DNA of 64,000 bases from Alphaproteobacteria bacterium (GTDB taxonomy: Bacteria > Pseudomonadota > Alphaproteobacteria > SHVZ01), in contig VGEN01000003.1 in NCBI GenBank assembly GCA_016869285.1, positions 150-64,149 of the forward strand, given 5' to 3'. Of the stretch, positions 11,010 through 21,064 are shown one piece after another (position 1 is the first letter of the stretch; every line of letters begins with the position of its first letter). The notes below the pieces were generated by a model. The model was not told the origin of the DNA, searched no databases, and was given only the letters and a program-made list of their open reading frames with translations. The position numbers were made by a program, and so were the translations under genes.

Positions 11010-11128
11010 GAGTCTCGCCCCCACCCTAACCCTCCCCCCACGCTCCGCGGGGAGAGGGAGCAAGAAGAACGACGCCTCTCTGGAAAACCCTCCCCCATGA
11101 TGGGGGAGGGGGGCGGGCCGCGAGACTC
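11010..11128. repeat. REP-like G/C-rich palindromic intergenic element (copy A)
   Basis: Terminal inverted repeats GAGTCTCGC...GCGAGACTC. Internal hairpins CCCTCCCC-N9-GGGGAGAGGG and CCCTCCCCC-atgat-GGGGGAGGG. Shares the core CCCCACCCYAACCCTCCCCC with the copy at 36.3 kb. Confidence 0.7.
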
Positions 11129-11139
11129 GATCTCGCCGC

Positions 11140-11604
11140 TTACTTCACCTCGACGATCGCCTCGATCTCGACCGGGATGCCTGAGGGGAGGCTGCCCATG
11201 CCGACGGCGGAGCGGGCGTGGCGGCCCTTCTCGCCGAAGACCTCGACGAACAGGTCGGAGCAGCCGTTGATCACCTTCGGCTGCTCGCCGAATTCGGGCG
11301 TGCCGTTGACCATGCCGAGCACCTTGACGACGCGCTCGACACGGTCGAGATCGCCGAGGAACTCCTTCAGTACTGCGATCAGCACGAGGCCGACCGAACG
11401 CGCATGCTTGTAGGCATCCTTGACCGAGATGTCCTTCGGCACCTTGCCCGAAGGCCGCGGCTTTCCCGGCTCGGCGAGCGGGCCCTTGCCGGCGAGATAG
11501 ACGGTGTTCCCGGTCTGCACGGCATGCACGTAGTTGCCGGCGGCAGCCGGCACCGGCGGCAGCGTGATGCCAAGCTCCTTCAGGCGCGCTTCAACTTTGG
11601 CCAT
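11140..11604 (-). CDS. RidA/YjgF family reactive enamine-imine deaminase
   Basis: RidA-family sequence throughout. 154 aa. Confidence 0.8.
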   Translation of the reverse strand: MAKVEARLKELGITLPPVPAAAGNYVHAVQTGNTVYLAGKGPLAEPGKPRPSGKVPKDISVKDAYKHARSVGLVLIAVLKEFLGDLDRVERVVKVLGMVNGTPEFGEQPKVINGCSDLFVEVFGEKGRHARSAVGMGSLPSGIPVEIEAIVEVK

Positions 11605-11606
11605 GG

Positions 11607-12068
11607 CTACTTCACCTCGACGATGGCTTCGATCTCGACCGTGATGTTCATCGGTAGGCTGCCCATGCCGACGGCGGAGCGCGCATGGCGTCCCTTGTCG
11701 CCGAAGACCTCGACAAAGAGGTCGGAGCAGCCGTTGATCACCTTCGGCTGGTCGCCGAACTCCGGTACGGCATTGACCATGCCCAGAACCTTGACCACGC
11801 GGTTGACGCGATCGAGGTCGCCGAGATGGTTCTTTAGCACGGCGATCAGCGTGAGGCCGACCGTGCGCGCGTCCTGATACGCTTTCTCGATGGTGACGGT
11901 GCCGCCGACCTTGCCCGAGGGCATCGGCCCGCCCTTCGGATCGAAGGGTCCTTTGCCGGCGAGATAGACCAGGTTGCCGGTCTGCACCGCATGCACATAG
12001 GTGCCCATAGGAGGGCCGGGGTCCGGCAGCGTGATGCCGAGCTCTTTCAGGCGCGCTTCGATCTTCAT
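11607..12068 (-). CDS. RidA/YjgF family protein (tandem paralog)
   Basis: Start set at MKIEARLKELGI, homologous to the start of the adjacent paralog. The first 13 residues of the track ORF are treated as an extension. Confidence 0.75.
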   Translation of the reverse strand: MKIEARLKELGITLPDPGPPMGTYVHAVQTGNLVYLAGKGPFDPKGGPMPSGKVGGTVTIEKAYQDARTVGLTLIAVLKNHLGDLDRVNRVVKVLGMVNAVPEFGDQPKVINGCSDLFVEVFGDKGRHARSAVGMGSLPMNITVEIEAIVEVK

Positions 12069-12156
12069 GGCGAACTCGCGAGGTGAGGGATTGAATTGCG
12101 GCGACACGCTACGCCGTTTCCCTTAGGAAATGAAGCCGCCAGCCAGGAGAGAAACC

Positions 12157-12939
12157 ATGCGCATCGTCGACCTCGAAGGAAAGTCAGCGCTCGTCACCGG
12201 GTCGTCTACGGGCATCGGCGCTGCCGTCGCCATCGCCTTCGCCGAAGCCGGCATGAAGGTCGCAGTGCACTACAATGCGAGCAAGGCCGAGGCGGAGAAG
12301 GTCGCGACCTCGGTCGAGAAGGCGAGCGGCAAGGCTGCGATCTTTGCCGGCGACTTGCGCAAGACGGATGTCTGCGCCGGCCTGGTCGAGAAGACGATCA
12401 AAGCCTTCGGTTCGCTCGACGTGCTGGTGAACAATGCCGGTTCGGTGGTGACGCGGAAGCCGATCGCCGAAGCGGGCGACGATCTCTACGACGAGATCAT
12501 GGACCTGAACGCGCGATCGGTCTTCGCCTGCAGCCGGGCGGCGGTGCGCGCCTTCCTCGCCCGTGGCTCGGGCGGCAAGGCTGCCGGCAACATCATCTCG
12601 ACGACATCGGTCGCGGCCCGCAATGGCGGCGGCGTCGGCTCGATTCTCTATGCGGGCGCCAAAGGTTTCGTCTCCAGCTTCACCCGCGGGCTCGCCAAGG
12701 AGCTGGCGCCGACCGGAATTCGCGTGAACGCGGTTGCGCCCGGGATCATCCGCACACCGCTCCACGATCGCCTGACCAAGCCCGAAGCCTACCTGGCGAT
12801 GGTGCAGGCGACGCCGATGCGTCGCGACGGCACTGCCGGGGAGTGCGCCGGAACCTACGTCTATCTCGCTTCGGATGTGCTCTCGAGCTTCGTCACCGGC
12901 CAGGTGATCGAGGTCAATGGCGGGTTGCTGATGCCGTGA
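12157..12939 (+). CDS. SDR-family short-chain dehydrogenase/reductase
   Basis: TGSSTGIG Rossmann motif and Y-x3-K active site (YAGAKGF). AGGAGAG ribosome-binding site before the internal Met (MRIVDLEG). Confidence 0.8.
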   Translation: MRIVDLEGKSALVTGSSTGIGAAVAIAFAEAGMKVAVHYNASKAEAEKVATSVEKASGKAAIFAGDLRKTDVCAGLVEKTIKAFGSLDVLVNNAGSVVTRKPIAEAGDDLYDEIMDLNARSVFACSRAAVRAFLARGSGGKAAGNIISTTSVAARNGGGVGSILYAGAKGFVSSFTRGLAKELAPTGIRVNAVAPGIIRTPLHDRLTKPEAYLAMVQATPMRRDGTAGECAGTYVYLASDVLSSFVTGQVIEVNGGLLMP

Positions 12940-13246
12940 CCGCCCGGCGAATTCGTATCCGCCACATTTCTTAACGTGAAATGCCGTTCTCTTAGGAGCG
13001 AGAAGAACTTGTGCCGTCAGTGTTAAGGGGTTGTTGACGTGGCGACAGGCGTTCTGGGAGACTGCGCTCGGTGCCGGCTTCGGGGGCTCTCTCGCGGTTG
13101 GCAAGCCCAAAGAAGGTCGAGGGGGAGGCACGCGTAGTTTCGTCCCCGCCAGAGCGGGGATACGCACGCGTCGCTGCTTCAGGGAGTCGCCGCTGGCGCC
13201 GGTTGCGCCGATGTGAGTTGTATCTTTTCGGGCCGCTCGCGCGGGG

Positions 13247-14194
13247 GTGCTGATGTATGCCTATTTGATCCGGCGAATCCTGGCGACCATCCCGGTCATG
13301 GCGGTGGTGGCGGTCTTCGTCTTCTCGCTCCTGTTCCTGAGCCCGGGCGACCCCGCCGCGATCATCGCCGGCGATCTCGCCACCGCCGACGACATTGCCC
13401 GCATCCGCGAGCGCCTCGGCCTCAACGAGCCCTTTCTGGTCCAGTTCGGCAAGTGGACCTTCAATCTGATGCAGGGCGACCTCGGCGTCTCGATCTTCTC
13501 GAACCTGCCGGTCTCAAAGCTGATGCTGCAGCGGCTCGAGCCGACCCTGATGCTGACCACGACGACGCTGATCATCGCCATCTGTGCCGCGGTGCCGATG
13601 GGCGTGATCGCCGCCTGGAAGGCCGGCACGATCATCGACCGCGGCGTCATGCTGTTCGCCGTCCTCGGCTTCTCATTTCCATCCTTCGTGCTCGGCTATC
13701 TCTTGATCTACGGCTTCGCGATCAAGCTCGAGGTGCTGCCGGTGCAGGGATATACCTCGATCAGCAAGGGCTTCGGGCCGTTCCTCAACAACATCATCCT
13801 GCCTTCGATGACACTCGGCATGGTCCAGGCGGCGCTGATCGCGCGCATGACCCGCACCTCGGTGCTGGAAGTACTGGCCGAGGACTACATCCGCACCGCC
13901 CACTCTAAGGGCCTCGCGACCAGCAAGGTGTTGATCGGGCATGCGCTGAAGAATGCCGCGGTGCCGATCGTCACCATCATCGGCATCAGCTTCGCGCTCC
14001 TGATCGGCGGCGCCATCATCACCGAGAGCGTGTTCGCGATCCCCGGGCTCGGGCGCCTGACCGTCGATGCGATCCTCAGGCGCGACTACCCGATCATCCA
14101 AGGCGTTATCCTGGTCTTCAGCGGCGCCTACGTGCTGGTGAACCTCGCCGTGGACATCATCTACACCTTCCTCGATCCGAGAATCCGGTACTGA
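13247..14194 (+). CDS. ABC transporter permease (DppB/OppB-like)
   Basis: BPD_transp_1-type permease, about 315 aa, six TM segments, C-terminal LDPRIRY signature. Confidence 0.85.
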   Translation: MLMYAYLIRRILATIPVMAVVAVFVFSLLFLSPGDPAAIIAGDLATADDIARIRERLGLNEPFLVQFGKWTFNLMQGDLGVSIFSNLPVSKLMLQRLEPTLMLTTTTLIIAICAAVPMGVIAAWKAGTIIDRGVMLFAVLGFSFPSFVLGYLLIYGFAIKLEVLPVQGYTSISKGFGPFLNNIILPSMTLGMVQAALIARMTRTSVLEVLAEDYIRTAHSKGLATSKVLIGHALKNAAVPIVTIIGISFALLIGGAIITESVFAIPGLGRLTVDAILRRDYPIIQGVILVFSGAYVLVNLAVDIIYTFLDPRIRY

Positions 14195-14222
14195 CGGCTG
14201 CCGAAGGCAAGGAGTCCCTCCA

Positions 14223-15110
14223 ATGACCGCCACCACCCCCGCCATCATCGACATCATCGAGCCGCCGAAGCCGCTCAGCCGGATCGTCTACGAGTTTGCC
14301 CGGCGCAATCCGACGGTCATCTTCGGCTCGTCCCTGCTGCTGGGGATGGTGATCATCGCCATCTTCGCGCCGCTGTTCGCCCCCGGCGACCCGCTGGCGC
14401 TGGCGCCGGCTCGGCGCCTCAGGCCGCCGCAGGAGGCCTATTGGTTCGGCACCGACATGTTCGGACGCGACGTGTATACGCGCACGATCTACGGCGCGCG
14501 GATCTCTCTGATCGTCGGCATCTCGGTTTCGGCGCTCTCGACGATCGTCGGCCTCTTCATCGGGCTTCTGTCCGGCTATGTGCGCATCATCGATGCGATC
14601 ATCATGCGGATCATGGACGGGCTGATGGCGATCCCGGGCATCTTGCTCGCGATCGCTATGATGGCGCTGACGAAGGCGTCGGTCGAGAACGTGATCATCG
14701 CGATCACCATCCCCGAGATCCCGCGCGTTGTGCGCCTGGTCCGTGGCGTCGTGCTGCAGATCCGCGAGCAGCCCTACATCGAGGCGGCGCAGTCGATCGG
14801 CACGCGTTTCCATCGGGTGCTGCTCAAGCACATCCTGCCGAACGTGATGGCGCCGATCATCGTGCAGGCGACATATATCTGCGCCGCAGCCGTTCTAATC
14901 GAGGCGGGGCTTTCCTTCCTCGGCGCCGGCACGCCGCCGAACATCCCGAGCTGGGGCAACATCATGGCGGAGGGGCGCACCTTCTTCCAGATCGCCTTCT
15001 GGATCATCCTGTTCCCGGGGCTGTTCCTGTCGGTGACCGTGCTTGCGATCAATCTCCTGGGCGACGGGCTGCGCGACGCCCTCGACCCGCGTCTCGCCCG
15101 CCGCATGTGA
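14223..15110 (+). CDS. ABC transporter permease (DppC/OppC-like)
   Basis: DppC-like topology and motif ([24 protein letters not shown]). Confidence 0.85.
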   Translation: MTATTPAIIDIIEPPKPLSRIVYEFARRNPTVIFGSSLLLGMVIIAIFAPLFAPGDPLALAPARRLRPPQEAYWFGTDMFGRDVYTRTIYGARISLIVGISVSALSTIVGLFIGLLSGYVRIIDAIIMRIMDGLMAIPGILLAIAMMALTKASVENVIIAITIPEIPRVVRLVRGVVLQIREQPYIEAAQSIGTRFHRVLLKHILPNVMAPIIVQATYICAAAVLIEAGLSFLGAGTPPNIPSWGNIMAEGRTFFQIAFWIILFPGLFLSVTVLAINLLGDGLRDALDPRLARRM

Positions 15111-15126
15111 CCCGACGAGGAACCTA

Positions 15127-16176
15127 GTGACGCAAGCTCAGACGATGGAACGGCCCGGCCAAACGGTAGGCGGGGTCGAGAAGGTCCTGGAGATTGAGGA
15201 CCTGAAGACGCACTTCTTCACCCGCGACGGCGTCGTGCGTGCCGTCGACGGCGTCAGCTACCATGTGCTCAAGGGTGAGACGCTTGGCGTTGTCGGCGAG
15301 TCCGGCTGCGGCAAGTCGGTGACCGCGCTCTCGGTCCTTCGCCTGATCGCCAAGCCCGGACGTATCGTCCAGGGCAAGATCAAGATCTCGGGCCGCAATC
15401 TTCTCGAGCTCTCAGAGGAGGAGATGCGTTCGATCCGCGGCAACGACATCTCGATGATCTTCCAGGAGCCGATGACCTCGCTCAACCCGGTGCTGACGCT
15501 TGGACGGCAGATCGCCGAGACGATCATGCTGCACCAGGGCCTCAGCAAGAAGGACGCCTGGGACAAGTCTGTCGAGATGCTGAAGCTCGTCCGCATCCCC
15601 GAGGCTGAACGGCGGGTGCACGAGTATCCGTTCCAGATGTCCGGCGGCATGCGCCAGCGCGTCATGATCGCGATGGCGCTCTCCTGCAACCCCAAGGTCC
15701 TGCTCGCCGACGAGCCGACCACGGCGCTCGACGTCACCATCCAGGCGCAGATCCTGCACCTGATGCTCGAGCTCAAGGAGAAGCTAGGAACCGCGATCGT
15801 GCTGATCACCCACGATCTCGGCGTCGTCGCCGAGACGTGCCAGCGCATCGTCGTCATGTATGCGGGCAAGAAGGTCGAGGAGGCGACGGCGGACGAGCTG
15901 TTTGAGCGACCGCTGCACCCCTATACGGTCGGCCTTATGAAGTCGATCCCGCGGCTCGACCGCGCGGCCACGACCGAGCATCCAGGCCGGCTCATGGAGA
16001 TCCCGGGCATGGTGCCGTCGCTCAAGAACATGCCGCCGGGCTGTGCCTTCGCGCCGCGATGTTCCTTCGCGACTGAGCGCTGCCGGCGCGAGGTTCCGGC
16101 CTTCGAGATGAAGGCCAGCGGCCACTACTCCGCCTGCTTCAATTCCGACAAGGTGGCGGAGATCTATCATGGCTGA
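15127..16176 (+). CDS. ABC transporter ATP-binding protein (DppD/OppD-like)
   Basis: GTG start after a GAGGAA ribosome-binding site. Walker A GESGCGKS, signature MSGGMRQRV, oligopeptide-type C-terminal extension. Confidence 0.8.
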   Translation: MTQAQTMERPGQTVGGVEKVLEIEDLKTHFFTRDGVVRAVDGVSYHVLKGETLGVVGESGCGKSVTALSVLRLIAKPGRIVQGKIKISGRNLLELSEEEMRSIRGNDISMIFQEPMTSLNPVLTLGRQIAETIMLHQGLSKKDAWDKSVEMLKLVRIPEAERRVHEYPFQMSGGMRQRVMIAMALSCNPKVLLADEPTTALDVTIQAQILHLMLELKEKLGTAIVLITHDLGVVAETCQRIVVMYAGKKVEEATADELFERPLHPYTVGLMKSIPRLDRAATTEHPGRLMEIPGMVPSLKNMPPGCAFAPRCSFATERCRREVPAFEMKASGHYSACFNSDKVAEIYHG

Positions 16177-17221
16177 GGCCTCCGGCGCCCAGGGCAGGAC
16201 CCCGCTTCTGGAGGTCAAGAACCTCAAGAAGCACTTCCCGATCCGCAAGGGCATCCTGTCGCGTGTCTCCGGTCATGTGTACGCGGTCGACGGCGTCAGC
16301 TTCCAAATCGGCCATGGCGAGACGCTGGGCCTGGTCGGCGAGTCCGGCTGCGGCAAGTCGACTGTCGGCAAGGCGGTGCTCAAGCTGATCGATCCAACCG
16401 CCGGCGAGGTCTATCTCAAGGGCAAGAAGATCTCCGATCTCGGCCAGCTTGAGATACGGCCCTATCGCCGTGACATGCAGGTGATCTTCCAGGATCCGTA
16501 CTCGTCGCTGAACCCACGCATGAGTGCCGGCGAGATCGTCGGTGAGCCGATGTACAATTACGGCCTCGCCTTCGGGAAAGAGAAAGAGGAGAAGACCCGC
16601 CAGCTCTTCGCCCGCGTCGGTCTCCGCGCCGAGCACATGCTGAAATATCCGCATGAGTTCTCGGGCGGCCAGCGCCAGCGTCTGGGCATTGCGCGCGCGC
16701 TTGCGGTCAATCCGAGCCTGATCATCGGCGACGAGCCGGTCTCGGCGCTCGACGTCTCGGTGCAGGCGCAGGTGATCAACCTGATGATGGACCTGCAGCA
16801 GGAGTTCAAGCTCTCCTACCTGTTCGTCGCGCACGACCTCGCGGTGGTCGAGCACATCAGCCACCGCGTCGCGGTGATGTATCTCGGCAAGATCGTCGAG
16901 ATGACCGATAAGCGCACGCTCTTCACCTCGCCGCAGCACCCCTACACGGAAGCGCTGCTCTCGGCCGTGCCGATCCCCTCGCCGAAGATGAAGCGCAAGC
17001 GCATCATCCTGACCGGCGACGTGCCGAGCCCGATCCGGCCGCCGCCCGGGTGCCGCTTCCACACCCGCTGCCCCTACGTCATGGACCACTGCAAGGTGGC
17101 CGAGCCGCCGATGCAGGAGGTCGAGCCCGGCCATCTTGTCGCCTGTCACCTGCGCCAGCCCGGCCAGGCCCTGGCGGCGGCCGCGGCCAGCAATCCCGCG
17201 CTCACCGCGCCGGCGCACTAA
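16169..17221 (+). CDS. ABC transporter ATP-binding protein (DppF/OppF-like)
   Basis: Walker [10 protein letters not shown], signature [10 protein letters not shown]-terminal Cys-containing oligopeptide ABC domain. 8-bp overlap with the preceding gene. Confidence 0.85.
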   Translation: MAEASGAQGRTPLLEVKNLKKHFPIRKGILSRVSGHVYAVDGVSFQIGHGETLGLVGESGCGKSTVGKAVLKLIDPTAGEVYLKGKKISDLGQLEIRPYRRDMQVIFQDPYSSLNPRMSAGEIVGEPMYNYGLAFGKEKEEKTRQLFARVGLRAEHMLKYPHEFSGGQRQRLGIARALAVNPSLIIGDEPVSALDVSVQAQVINLMMDLQQEFKLSYLFVAHDLAVVEHISHRVAVMYLGKIVEMTDKRTLFTSPQHPYTEALLSAVPIPSPKMKRKRIILTGDVPSPIRPPPGCRFHTRCPYVMDHCKVAEPPMQEVEPGHLVACHLRQPGQALAAAAASNPALTAPAH

Positions 17222-17238
17222 GCGTCGCGCGCTCGGAC

Positions 17239-17270
17239 GAGGAGAACCCCGGGCGAGCGGCCGGGGTTTT
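17239..17270. terminator. rho-independent terminator, probably bidirectional
   Basis: AACCCCGGG-cgagcgg-CCGGGGTTTTT hairpin with T-tract between convergent ABC ATPase (+) and FAH gene (-). Confidence 0.6.
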
Positions 17271-17284
17271 TCGTTGAAGCCGGC

Positions 17285-18457
17285 CTAAGTCAGCAGGCCG
17301 CGCCGGGCGAGGTTCCGCATCAGGGCGGTGGCGCCGAAGGTCCAGGGCGGCGCCCGGTCGGTGCGAGTCACCCGGTTGATCAGCGCGCCCAGCCGCTCGG
17401 CCCGGATGGTGACGAGGTCGCCGATCTCATGGGTGAATCCCAAGCCCGGCTTCGAGCGGTCCTTGATCGGCGCGAACATGGTGCCGGAGTAGAGGCAGAC
17501 GCCGTCCGGGTACTGGTGATTGCGGCTGATCGTCTGCGCCACCAGGTCGGTCAGGTCGCGGCTGATCTCGGCGACGGAGGACGCTCCTTCGAGCACGAAC
17601 TGGTCAAGGCCGTCGACGCGAAGCTCGACCACCGTGTTGCGGAGGTCGTCGAGCGTATAATTCTCGTCGAAGAGCCGGATGAACGGGCCGATGGCGCTGG
17701 AGGCGTTCTGGTCCTTGGCCTTGCCGAGCAGCAGACCGGAGCGCCCTTCGACGTCGCGCAGATTGACGTCGTTGCCGAGGCTGCCGCCGACGATCCTGCC
17801 CTTGGCGCTGACGATCATGACGATCTCGGGCTCGGGATTGTTCCAGGTCGAGATCGGGTGGATGCCGATCTCGGCGCCGGTGCCGACCGAGGCCATCGGT
17901 GGGCATTTGGTGAAGACCTCCGCGTCCGGACCGATGCCGACCTCGAGATACATCGACCAGCGGCCACGCTGGACCAGCAGCTCCTTGAGCCGCATCGCCT
18001 CGGGCGAGCCCGGCTTCAGCGCCTTCAGGCTGGTGCCGATCTCCTTCTGAATCTCGGCGCGGATCGCGTCGCCCTTGGACGGATCGCCCTTGGCCTGTTC
18101 CTCGACCAGGCGTTCCAGCATCGAGGTCACGAAGGTGACGCCGCAGGCCTTGACCGCCTGCAGGTCGACCGGCGCCAGCAGATGCGGCTTCTTCGGATCG
18201 ATCGATCCGGTCTCGCTGTTGGCGAGAAGCTCCTCGATGCTGCAGAGGCGATCGCCCGTGGCGGTGCGGACCCTGGCCAGCGGCTCCTCCGCGTTGCAGA
18301 GATCGGCCATGGTCGGCGCCGCGCGCGTGATGTCGAAGACGCCCTCCGGCGTCACCTTGATCACGGAGGGGCCGTCGACGGCCGGAACCCAAGCGCGGCC
18401 GACGAGCGTCGCGCGAGTCCAGTCGACGGGGAGCGTGTTGGCGATGTCGAGGGTCAT
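17285..18457 (-). CDS. fumarylacetoacetate hydrolase (FAH) family protein, XylX/KdaD-like size (390 aa)
   Basis: C-terminal FAH-fold motifs (LYSGTMFAPIK...GDLVTIRAERLGALINRV). Size similar to 2-keto-3-deoxy sugar-acid dehydratases of this family. Confidence 0.65.
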   Translation of the reverse strand: MTLDIANTLPVDWTRATLVGRAWVPAVDGPSVIKVTPEGVFDITRAAPTMADLCNAEEPLARVRTATGDRLCSIEELLANSETGSIDPKKPHLLAPVDLQAVKACGVTFVTSMLERLVEEQAKGDPSKGDAIRAEIQKEIGTSLKALKPGSPEAMRLKELLVQRGRWSMYLEVGIGPDAEVFTKCPPMASVGTGAEIGIHPISTWNNPEPEIVMIVSAKGRIVGGSLGNDVNLRDVEGRSGLLLGKAKDQNASSAIGPFIRLFDENYTLDDLRNTVVELRVDGLDQFVLEGASSVAEISRDLTDLVAQTISRNHQYPDGVCLYSGTMFAPIKDRSKPGLGFTHEIGDLVTIRAERLGALINRVTRTDRAPPWTFGATALMRNLARRGLLT

Positions 18458-18459
18458 GG

Positions 18460-19134
18460 TCAGAACTTGCCATATTTGAGATAGGCCTTCTCGGGGTCCA
18501 TGCCGGCCAGGATCGACTTCCGCATGTCGCTCTCGGTTGAGACGACGCGCTCGGTCTCGGCGACGGCCTCCGCCGCCGCCTCCTTGGGCAAGACGATCAC
18601 GCCGTCGCGGTCGCCGAGAAGATGGTCGCCGCTGCGGATCGTAACTGCGCCGATGGTGACGGGCTCACCGAACAGGTGCTCGTCCGGAATCCAGCGCTCG
18701 ACGATGTCGGCCGGCGTCGCATGCGTGCAGAAGACCGGAAATCCCATCTCCAAGATGAAGTCGGTATCTCGGCAGGCGCCATCGACGACGTAGCCACGCG
18801 TCTTCTTGACCATCAGCGCGCGCGCGGAAAGCTCGCCCATGAGCGCGATCGCATGCGTGTTGGGCTGGCAGACGATCACCTTGCCGGCAGGTACTTTCGA
18901 CAGCACCCGCGCCCAGCGCAGCAGGGTCTCGTGCCGGGAGATCGTCTGGTCGACGCGTCCCGAGATCGTGTAGATCTCGCCGGCCACCTTCCGGCGCGGA
19001 TCGAGCGCACGGATCGTCGACGGCAGAACGCAGTTGCTGAGGCCCATGGCGCGCAGCACGTCGTGCACGGCCGAGGCGTAGCAACTGAGAAGCCGGTCGG
19101 CGAGGTCGGCCGTCGATTTCTTGCGTGCGGCCAT
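18460..19134 (-). CDS. RraA family protein (RraA-like / class II pyruvate aldolase-like)
   Basis: RraA fold motif region (...MGELSARALMVKKTRGYVVDGACRDTDF...). 224 aa. Confidence 0.7.
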   Translation of the reverse strand: MAARKKSTADLADRLLSCYASAVHDVLRAMGLSNCVLPSTIRALDPRRKVAGEIYTISGRVDQTISRHETLLRWARVLSKVPAGKVIVCQPNTHAIALMGELSARALMVKKTRGYVVDGACRDTDFILEMGFPVFCTHATPADIVERWIPDEHLFGEPVTIGAVTIRSGDHLLGDRDGVIVLPKEAAAEAVAETERVVSTESDMRKSILAGMDPEKAYLKYGKF

Positions 19135-19181
19135 GTCCGCGCTATCCTCCCCCTCGACCGGCGGGCATTAGAAGGACGCGC

Positions 19182-20102
19182 ATGACGGCCGTCAAGCACA
19201 GCGCGGAGGCGCGCGGACCGGCTCGCCTGATCGGCGTCGACTGGGGCACCTCAAGCTTCCGCGCCTATCTGATGGATGCGGGCGGCAAGGTGCTCGATCG
19301 CCGGGAGAGCGCCGATGGCATCCTCGCCGTCCAGGACTTCGACGGCACCTTGGAGCGCCACTGCGGCGCGTGGGCAGATGCCCATCGCGATGCGTCGATC
19401 CTTCTTGCGGGCATGATCGGCAGCCGCCAGGGCTGGATCGAGGCACCCTACTGCCCCTGCCCGGCGGGTGCCGAAGAGATCGCGGCACGGCTGACCCGTC
19501 ACGTCACCGCCCGCGGCCGGACGGTCGCTTTCGTTCCCGGGCTTTCCTGGTCCTCGCCGAGCGGCGCTGACGACGTCATGCGGGGCGAGGAGACACAGAT
19601 CCTCGGCGTCGCCGGCAAGGGCCGCCAGGTCATGGTCCTGCCTGGCAGCCACAGCAAATGGGTGGAGGTGTTCGACGGGCGGATTCTTCGCTTTGCGACC
19701 TTTCTCACTGGCGAGTTCTTTGCCGCCATGTCGAAGCACACGATCCTCGGTCGGCTGATGGCGGGGGAGGCGCACGATCCGAAGGCCTTCGCTGCCGGCA
19801 TCGCCGCGTCGGCGGAACCCGGCGGCTTGCTGCATCATCTGTTCCGGGTCCGCACGGGCGGCCTCTTCGGCAGATGGCCCGCCGACTCCCTGTCGTCTCT
19901 ACTTTCCGGGATCGCGATCGGCCACGAGATCCGCGGTGCGCGCGACTTCTTCGGTGCCGATCGCGTGCTGGTCGTCGGCGGCGCGGCGCTTGCGGCGCGC
20001 TATGCGGAGGCGCTCGGGTCACTCGGTCTCGCGGCCGAGATCGGCGCACCGGATGCCGCCGCACGCGGACTCACGCGCCTCGCGGCACGATCGGTGCCGT
20101 AG
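19182..20102 (+). CDS. dgoK: 2-dehydro-3-deoxygalactonokinase (DgoK) family sugar-acid kinase
   Basis: N-terminal IGVDWGTSSFRAYL and conserved DgoK-family motifs. Start at the internal Met after a GAAGGA ribosome-binding site. Confidence 0.7.
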   Translation: MTAVKHSAEARGPARLIGVDWGTSSFRAYLMDAGGKVLDRRESADGILAVQDFDGTLERHCGAWADAHRDASILLAGMIGSRQGWIEAPYCPCPAGAEEIAARLTRHVTARGRTVAFVPGLSWSSPSGADDVMRGEETQILGVAGKGRQVMVLPGSHSKWVEVFDGRILRFATFLTGEFFAAMSKHTILGRLMAGEAHDPKAFAAGIAASAEPGGLLHHLFRVRTGGLFGRWPADSLSSLLSGIAIGHEIRGARDFFGADRVLVVGGAALAARYAEALGSLGLAAEIGAPDAAARGLTRLAARSVP

Positions 20103-20280
20103 CTCTCGGCCATCGGCTCGGCAGAACGCGCGCGGCCCCGGGGGCGGGACATTCGCCGCCGCCGGCCTGGCCAGCCAGGGGCCATGCGTTCCGGGGTGGT
20201 CGGTCAACCCCTTGCCGGCTCTTGGCGCCGGCCGCATCTTGCGGATCGCAATTTGCGCGTTCCGCGACCGAGGATCCGTC

Positions 20281-21057
20281 ATGGCCGATGCTTTCGCCCG
20301 CTTTCGTCTGGACGGCCGGGTTGCCGTCGTTACCGGCGCCGCGTCGGGCATCGGCTTCGCCAGCGCCCGCGCGCTGGGTCTCGCCGGCGCCCGCATCGCC
20401 GTCGCCGACATCAATGCCGAGGGGGCCGCAAAGGCGGCGGCGTCGCTCAAGGGCGAGAAGATCGACGTCGCAACCCATGTCTTCGACGTCGCCGACGAGG
20501 CCGGGGTGATCGCGACCATGGCCGAGATTGCGCAGAGCTGGGGGCGGATCGACATCCTCGTCAACAATGCCGGACTTGCGGCGCGGCAGCCGTCGGAAGC
20601 GCTCGATCTTGGCGCGTGGGAGCGGGTGATCCGCATCAACCTCAACGGCTCCTTCCTCTGCGCCCGCGAGGCCGGCAAGACGATGCTGGCGCAAGGGCGC
20701 GGCAGCATCGTCAACATCGCTTCGATCATGGGGCTGGTCGGAGGCGGGCTCTATCCGAACCTTGCCTATCACTCGACCAAGGGCGCGCTGGTCAATTTCA
20801 CGCGCGCGCTGGCGGTCGAATGGGCCGGGCGCGGCGTCCGCGTCAATGCCGTGGCGCCGACCTTCGTGCGCACGCCGCTGACCGCGAAGCTGCTCTCCGA
20901 TGCAGAGATGAAATCGGCGATCGAGGCGATGACGCCGCTCGGACGGCTGGCCGAGGCCGATGAGATCGCCGACGCCGTCCTCTATCTCGCCTCTGATGCC
21001 GCGGCAATGGTCACCGGGCACACGCTGCCGGTCGACGGCGGCTGGGTCGCGCGCTGA
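20281..21057 (+). CDS. SDR-family oxidoreductase (KduD/gluconate-5-dehydrogenase-like)
   Basis: TGAASGIG motif and Y-x3-K (YHSTKGA). 258 aa. Confidence 0.8.
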   Translation: MADAFARFRLDGRVAVVTGAASGIGFASARALGLAGARIAVADINAEGAAKAAASLKGEKIDVATHVFDVADEAGVIATMAEIAQSWGRIDILVNNAGLAARQPSEALDLGAWERVIRINLNGSFLCAREAGKTMLAQGRGSIVNIASIMGLVGGGLYPNLAYHSTKGALVNFTRALAVEWAGRGVRVNAVAPTFVRTPLTAKLLSDAEMKSAIEAMTPLGRLAEADEIADAVLYLASDAAAMVTGHTLPVDGGWVAR

Positions 21058-21064
21058 GAGGATG

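Noticed and set aside
12184-13167. 327-aa minus-strand ORF
   Set aside because: Antisense to the SDR gene and leader. No domain signal.
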